DNA of 64,000 nucleotides from Escherichia coli (GTDB lineage Bacteria; Pseudomonadota; Gammaproteobacteria; Enterobacterales; Enterobacteriaceae): NCBI RefSeq assembly GCF_030013595.1, contig NZ_CP122768.1; one strand, 5' to 3'. Shown piece by piece: positions 59,489 to 64,000 of this stretch (position 1 is its first letter; each line of letters starts with the position of its first letter). The notes under the pieces were generated by a model. It saw only the letters and a program-made list of their open reading frames with translations, ran no database searches and was not told where the DNA came from. The position numbers and the translations under genes were made by a program.

Positions 59489-60947
59489 ATGTACTCGCTC
59501 AACCAACTAGTTGCCATCAACCACAAACGGCAATGGATTCTGATGGACACGGAAACCTGCTTACCGTTGTTGTACCCACTCAGATATCACATCGATCATT
59601 TGGCTTTTCGTTCATTGTCCACGCAGTCTGCTTCGCTGCAGGCCGTTAAGTTCTTTTACGAATTTTGGTTGCAGAAACACGGCGTCACGTTTTGCTATAG
59701 CTTCTATGCTTCTGGCCACAACCCGTGCATTGCTATTGAGGAAATGTCGGCATTTTCTCACTATCTGGAGAATGGTCGCGTAAGCCAATCAAATTTATTG
59801 GCATTCACTCCAGTCTCCACTTCCCATAGTTTTATCAACGCAGCGCGATTTCGTGCAGTAGCGCAGTTTATTGCTTTTTTGATTAACACGTATGTATCGC
59901 CGGTATATCGGGATGATTCTCCCAAAGCATTATCACTCCAGGCTTCCCGGTTACATACTCGCCTGCGCTTTTGTCGTGACAGTTATCGAGCGTTAACACC
60001 GGGAAAGCATTCTAACCATCGTCATATCCATCAGGGGTTTCAGAGTATGAACCGTGAAATGGTGATCAGTCTGTACACGATTATTGCTCCCTGCTCTAGC
60101 CAAAAATATAACCCATTAAATCCCTTCCCCACCAGAAACACCCAGTTTCGCAACTTTTTGATTATTCGCCTGTTACTGAATTATGGATTGCGAATAGGTG
60201 AATTATTGCTGTTGGAATGCAATTCTATAAAATCAAATATAAAAAAGGATAAGTTTAGTTTGATTGTAACTACAACTTGAATTTAGTCACTCTGCACCGT
60301 TTTATGTGTCCAGGTCGATTAACCAGGTCATCCTTAGTTTCAGTCCGCCAGATTATCAGGCCGCCGTAGCGCGTGGCGAAGCGGCTCTACCAATTATTAC
60401 GCCGACCGACTTGCGCCACAACGTGGGGCACTCACTGGCTATGCAAGGGGTCAGCGCCGAGGAAATCGCGCATATTCTGGGACATACCTCCCTTACTGTT
60501 GCCAAGTATTACATTTTGGCGACACCTGCGCTGGCACTGATTCGAGCCAAAGCGTTGGGTACCAATCCGGTATGGCAAAATATGGTAGCTATGATGTTGA
60601 CTGGTGAACTGACCTCTTCAACGAAATGGCAAGGCCAGCGCGTGGTCGGCATAATCGGTGATCAGTTGCATGATGGGATTGGTGGTTGCTCCAGAGATAA
60701 TGGCGACTGCCCGTTCAGTGAAGTACGCTGCTGCTACGGCTGCCTGTATTATCGCCCCTTTACTGATGGTGACCATCAGGCTGTGCTGGAGAGTGTAGTT
60801 AAAGAAGTCGATGAATTGATCTCCATTTCAGACAGTGTTGGTAACGCCCGCAATCCACTTATTTCCATCCATGAAACCACACAATTTGAAATTCAATCCG
60901 TGATTGCCCGTTGCCGCTTTCGTCAGGAAAAAGGCGGTGTGCGATGA
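59489..60947 (+). pseudogene. Tyrosine recombinase-like gene, split by a frameshift near 60270-60280
   Basis: Upstream part carries box I (NYGLRIGELLLL); downstream part carries LRHNVGHSLAMQGV and ILGHTSLTVAKYY (box II and the catalytic Tyr region). The frames overlap by about 10 nt; GAGG Shine-Dalgarno before ATG 59489. Confidence 0.6.
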
Positions 60948-63310
60948 AAAAATATTTTGCGCAGTTTCACGCCTTTATCACCGAGCAGCAAAGCTGGTTT
61001 GAACAGCATCTGGCGACAGACTTCGAGCAGTCATGGGATGATCCTGTCTGGGTCTGCGGCAGCAATGGTAGTGGCTGGTTACGTGGTAATGGCAAAAATA
61101 AATTACGCTTTGATGAAATCAGCCGTACCAAAGGTATTGAGGGGCGCCATGCAGTGGCAGAAGACTATGCCCGGTTTATGAAAGCCCTGCTGGTACTAGT
61201 GTATCGGAGGCGAAATCGTAGCATATCCCCAGCGGTGGCTGTGGCAACGCTGATGATTTTGAAGCGCTGGTACCACTCGCTATTTGAGATGACCGGGCAA
61301 ACTCACCCAGTGTATCTAACCACCGGGGTAATTCAACGGTCAATGGATAGCCTCAGCGCAGCTTCGTCTCCAGGGGATCCCAATACCGCCAATTACAAAG
61401 GACGCTGTGTCAGTCTGCAAAAAATGGTTAATCACCAGTCATTCACGCTGGTGACACTGCAATATGTGTCTGATGCACAATATACCAATCAAACCAACCT
61501 GACCCGCAAAGCCCGGGAAACCATGGCTCTGAAACAGCAGGACAAGCTGACAGATACCACTACCGATGGTGAAGAGGCGTTGATTACCATTCGCGGTTTT
61601 CTGAACATCGTCGAATTAATCCAGCGGGTGGAAAGTGATGCTGAGAAAATTGCGTTAAATTGCCTGTTGTTATTGGTTATCACCGGCTTTCGCTCCATTG
61701 AAGCGTTTAATCTCAGACAGGATGCGCTGTTTAAACGCCAGATTGATGATCCGGCAATCCGCAAGCGGTTTCAGGACAAGGGATTACCCGATTATTTCCT
61801 TGGTATCCGTTATATTGGTGTCAAAGGTGCTGGGGAGCGAACGCATTGGGTAGAACCGCTGGCTGTACCGCTGGTCGAGAGTATATTCAGTTCCGTTAAA
61901 ATATTGACCGCACCAAAACGCAGTCATCTGACCTATCTACGGGAGAAATCTTTTACTGATTACCTGCCACAGGCCATCAGCGCCCTACCCGGTGAACAAG
62001 TTGAACTGGATGATGTGGTGACGTACATCACACAAACCGCCTCAAGTTTTCGTGGCCGGGCAGGACAACGAGACAAAACATCCAAAGCCCTCAACAAACG
62101 AGGTGTGCTGCCCGTTCTAGAAATGCCAGGGCCGAAAAACAGCAAATCTATCTATTATTCCAAGACTGACCTTAATCATTACATCAAGACCGAATTTGGC
62201 CTGACGGATGCCAACGAACCCTGTACGCACGCCTGGATGGAAAATGGCAAACGTTACGAAGTTAACTACGAAGACCTGTTATTTCTACATGAGAAGGGTT
62301 CGCTGGCATTAAAGCGCACACTGGCTTTGCTGGCTATACCGATACCATTCACTAACACACTTATGAATAAATTTTTAGGCAATGTTGAGCCTGATGGATC
62401 AGTATTCAGCAAATATCAATTACTGGAAGAGAATGGTACCCCCACCCGGATGCGTACCCACATTCCCCGGCACAACATCAATACCTTTCTTGCTATTGCG
62501 GATATCTCTGACCACTTACAGGCAATGTTGATGGGGCGAGTGGACATCACGCAGAATCAGCACTATCAACATCTGGCGCTTGCAGAACGGCGAAAAGCAG
62601 CCTCGTTGGTGCCCTTGCAGCCGATATCGACAGCACTAACTGCCGCGCCCTCTTCGTCCTCCATTGCTACGCCACTGGAAATCGTCAAACGGACCGGCCA
62701 ACTGGCGGTCACGAAACACATGACTTTGGACAATACCATCAAAGCCAACCTGCATACTTTTGACGATCGGGATGATGTAGCCAGGTTTGTCGAGGCGTCA
62801 TTTGCTGACGGCCTCTTTGAAGATGTTGCTGCCGCCTTTGAAGAAATCCGCGACGCAGAAGGACCAGAGCAAGCCTCTGCCATGGTGGCAAGACATGCCG
62901 TGATGTATCCGCTGAAATTTGGCTCCTGTATGCGGGAAGTTAACCTCTGGGGATGTCCTTATCGACTGAAATGCCAGAGTGCTGCCTTTTGTGAACATTT
63001 CACGCTGACAGGCCGGATAGATGAGCTACCCAATCTGATTGCCAAAAAACAGGCGTTACAGCAAGCACATTCGAAGTTGACCCAACTTACACAACATCAG
63101 CCTGACTACCAGACCAGACTGGCCGACATCGAACGACGGTTACAGCAACTCGAGGCAATACAAGCACAATGGCAGCGTCGTGCCAAGACTCAACAACTGG
63201 TTGCTGCGGAGAGTGTGTTGTCTGGTGGAGTAATCACCGAGGGCAAAGTCCGTACACTGGCCCAGCTTTTTGCACTTGAATACCAACAATTGATGCAGGA
63301 GAACGACTGA
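60944..63310 (+). CDS. Large tyrosine recombinase-like protein (about 788 aa) with Cys-rich, coiled-coil C-terminal extension
   Basis: Start ATG overlaps the upstream stop (ATGA). Motifs VITGFRSIEAF (box I-like Arg), THIPRHNINTFLAI (H-x-x-R-H), QNQHYQHL (candidate Tyr); C-terminal CPYRLKCQSAAFCEH and a Q/L-rich coiled coil. Confidence 0.6.
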   Translation: MKKYFAQFHAFITEQQSWFEQHLATDFEQSWDDPVWVCGSNGSGWLRGNGKNKLRFDEISRTKGIEGRHAVAEDYARFMKALLVLVYRRRNRSISPAVAVATLMILKRWYHSLFEMTGQTHPVYLTTGVIQRSMDSLSAASSPGDPNTANYKGRCVSLQKMVNHQSFTLVTLQYVSDAQYTNQTNLTRKARETMALKQQDKLTDTTTDGEEALITIRGFLNIVELIQRVESDAEKIALNCLLLLVITGFRSIEAFNLRQDALFKRQIDDPAIRKRFQDKGLPDYFLGIRYIGVKGAGERTHWVEPLAVPLVESIFSSVKILTAPKRSHLTYLREKSFTDYLPQAISALPGEQVELDDVVTYITQTASSFRGRAGQRDKTSKALNKRGVLPVLEMPGPKNSKSIYYSKTDLNHYIKTEFGLTDANEPCTHAWMENGKRYEVNYEDLLFLHEKGSLALKRTLALLAIPIPFTNTLMNKFLGNVEPDGSVFSKYQLLEENGTPTRMRTHIPRHNINTFLAIADISDHLQAMLMGRVDITQNQHYQHLALAERRKAASLVPLQPISTALTAAPSSSSIATPLEIVKRTGQLAVTKHMTLDNTIKANLHTFDDRDDVARFVEASFADGLFEDVAAAFEEIRDAEGPEQASAMVARHAVMYPLKFGSCMREVNLWGCPYRLKCQSAAFCEHFTLTGRIDELPNLIAKKQALQQAHSKLTQLTQHQPDYQTRLADIERRLQQLEAIQAQWQRRAKTQQLVAAESVLSGGVITEGKVRTLAQLFALEYQQLMQEND

Positions 63311-63744
63311 TGCGCGGCAAGGAACTGGACACACTGATCGAGCACGAATTACAACTGATGCTGGTTGAAGGCTTTGACAAGTCCCCTATTTCCGCCAAGG
63401 CCCTGCATATTCGGCTCAAGGCAAAAGGTATCGTTAACGGTGGTTTAAGTACGCTGAGCAGCCTTGAGCGAAAACGCCTAATTGCTGCCTATGTTGATCA
63501 GCAACTTGGCCCATTGAATCTACGCCCAAAAGAAAAACAGCAATACGTCAACCGCAAAACCCGTCAGGCCTTGCTGGCCAGAAACCAGCAGTTGCAGGCG
63601 GAAGTCAGTGAGCTGCGAGACCAACTGGCGCAGAATACCCTGTCGTTGATAGAAATTGTCAAAGCGGTAAAAATCAATACAGTTATTCCGGTGGAAAGTC
63701 TGTTGGCTAAACATGTAATTCGGGAGTTACACAAGTCGTTATAA
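63310..63744 (+). CDS. Small coiled-coil protein, third gene of the recombinase operon
   Basis: 144 aa; start overlaps the upstream stop (TGATG); central QQLQAEVSELRDQLAQ heptad-like region. Confidence 0.55.
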   Translation: MRGKELDTLIEHELQLMLVEGFDKSPISAKALHIRLKAKGIVNGGLSTLSSLERKRLIAAYVDQQLGPLNLRPKEKQQYVNRKTRQALLARNQQLQAEVSELRDQLAQNTLSLIEIVKAVKINTVIPVESLLAKHVIRELHKSL

Positions 63745-63758
63745 TGCTGACATAGGAA

Positions 63759-63794
63759 TATTTCGCCGACAGTTTCCCGGTTGTCGGCGAAATG
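63759..63794 (+). terminator. Strong hairpin 15 nt after the operon's last stop
   Basis: Perfect 10-bp inverted repeat ttcgccgaca/tgtcggcgaa with a 10-nt loop, extendable by 2-3 bp; no immediate U-run, so a terminator role is tentative. Confidence 0.4.
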
Positions 63795-64000
63795 CTGATT
63801 GTAATTTTTCGGCAAAGGGCATGGACGATTTCTTTTCGTTATTCTGCATATTGCTTACCTTCCCAAATTTCTCCAACCGTTAGTTGGAGAAATTAGATGG
63901 GTCGTAAATCATGAATAAACGCCTTGATCTATTCGAAAAATGAGAATTGCAACTTTCAACGCCCCCTCTTCTGAGTCCATTATCTCAGAGGACGCTTTCC

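Larger units (their letters stand above)
59243..64000. mobile_element. Candidate integrative/transposable element (two-recombinase operon); left end not defined, continues beyond window
   Basis: Three translationally coupled genes encoding two tyrosine-recombinase-like proteins and a small coiled-coil protein; this replaces what I recall at this K-12 position (yneL/ydeT side of hipA). Confidence 0.45.

Overview
This window reads as an Escherichia coli chromosomal segment, colinear (in reverse orientation) with the K-12 hipA-to-Qin-prophage interval as I recall it, but with several strain-specific differences. All identifications are from reading the sequence and translations against remembered protein families; no database search was run. 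Content in order: (1) the distal tail module of a lambdoid prophage (L, K, I, J, lom, side tail fibre, tail fibre assembly, Pin invertase, ydfK) abutting a 5'-truncated ydfJ; (2) core genes ydfI, ydfZ, rspR, ydfG, dcp, ydeI, dgcZ, the small protein gene mgtS (missing from the ORF track because it is under 60 aa), ydeE and eamA; (3) a six-gene PTS beta-glucoside islet (GntR regulator, IIB, IIC, IIA, LamB-type porin, 6-phospho-beta-glucosidase) between eamA and marB; (4) marBAR/marC, sotB, yneK, yneJ, sad, glsB, yneG, dgcF, uxaB, yneE, tam; (5) the complete lsr autoinducer-2 locus; (6) an AIDA-type autotransporter broken by a frameshift in a G5 run; (7) hipB with four intact operator palindromes next to a hipA carrying an internal out-of-frame deletion; (8) at the right edge, a translationally coupled operon of two tyrosine-recombinase-like genes plus a small coiled-coil protein, which looks like the integration module of a mobile element continuing beyond the window. 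No CRISPR array, rRNA, tRNA or IS transposase was recognised. I found no convincing novel defence or effector system; the least-characterised candidate is the recombinase operon at 59.5-63.7 kb, and the other notable points are gene-decay events (hipA, yneO, ydeJ, ydfJ). The ORF track labels TTG/GTG starts as M, so several starts were moved to the likely ATG; single-base coordinates may be off by one or two.
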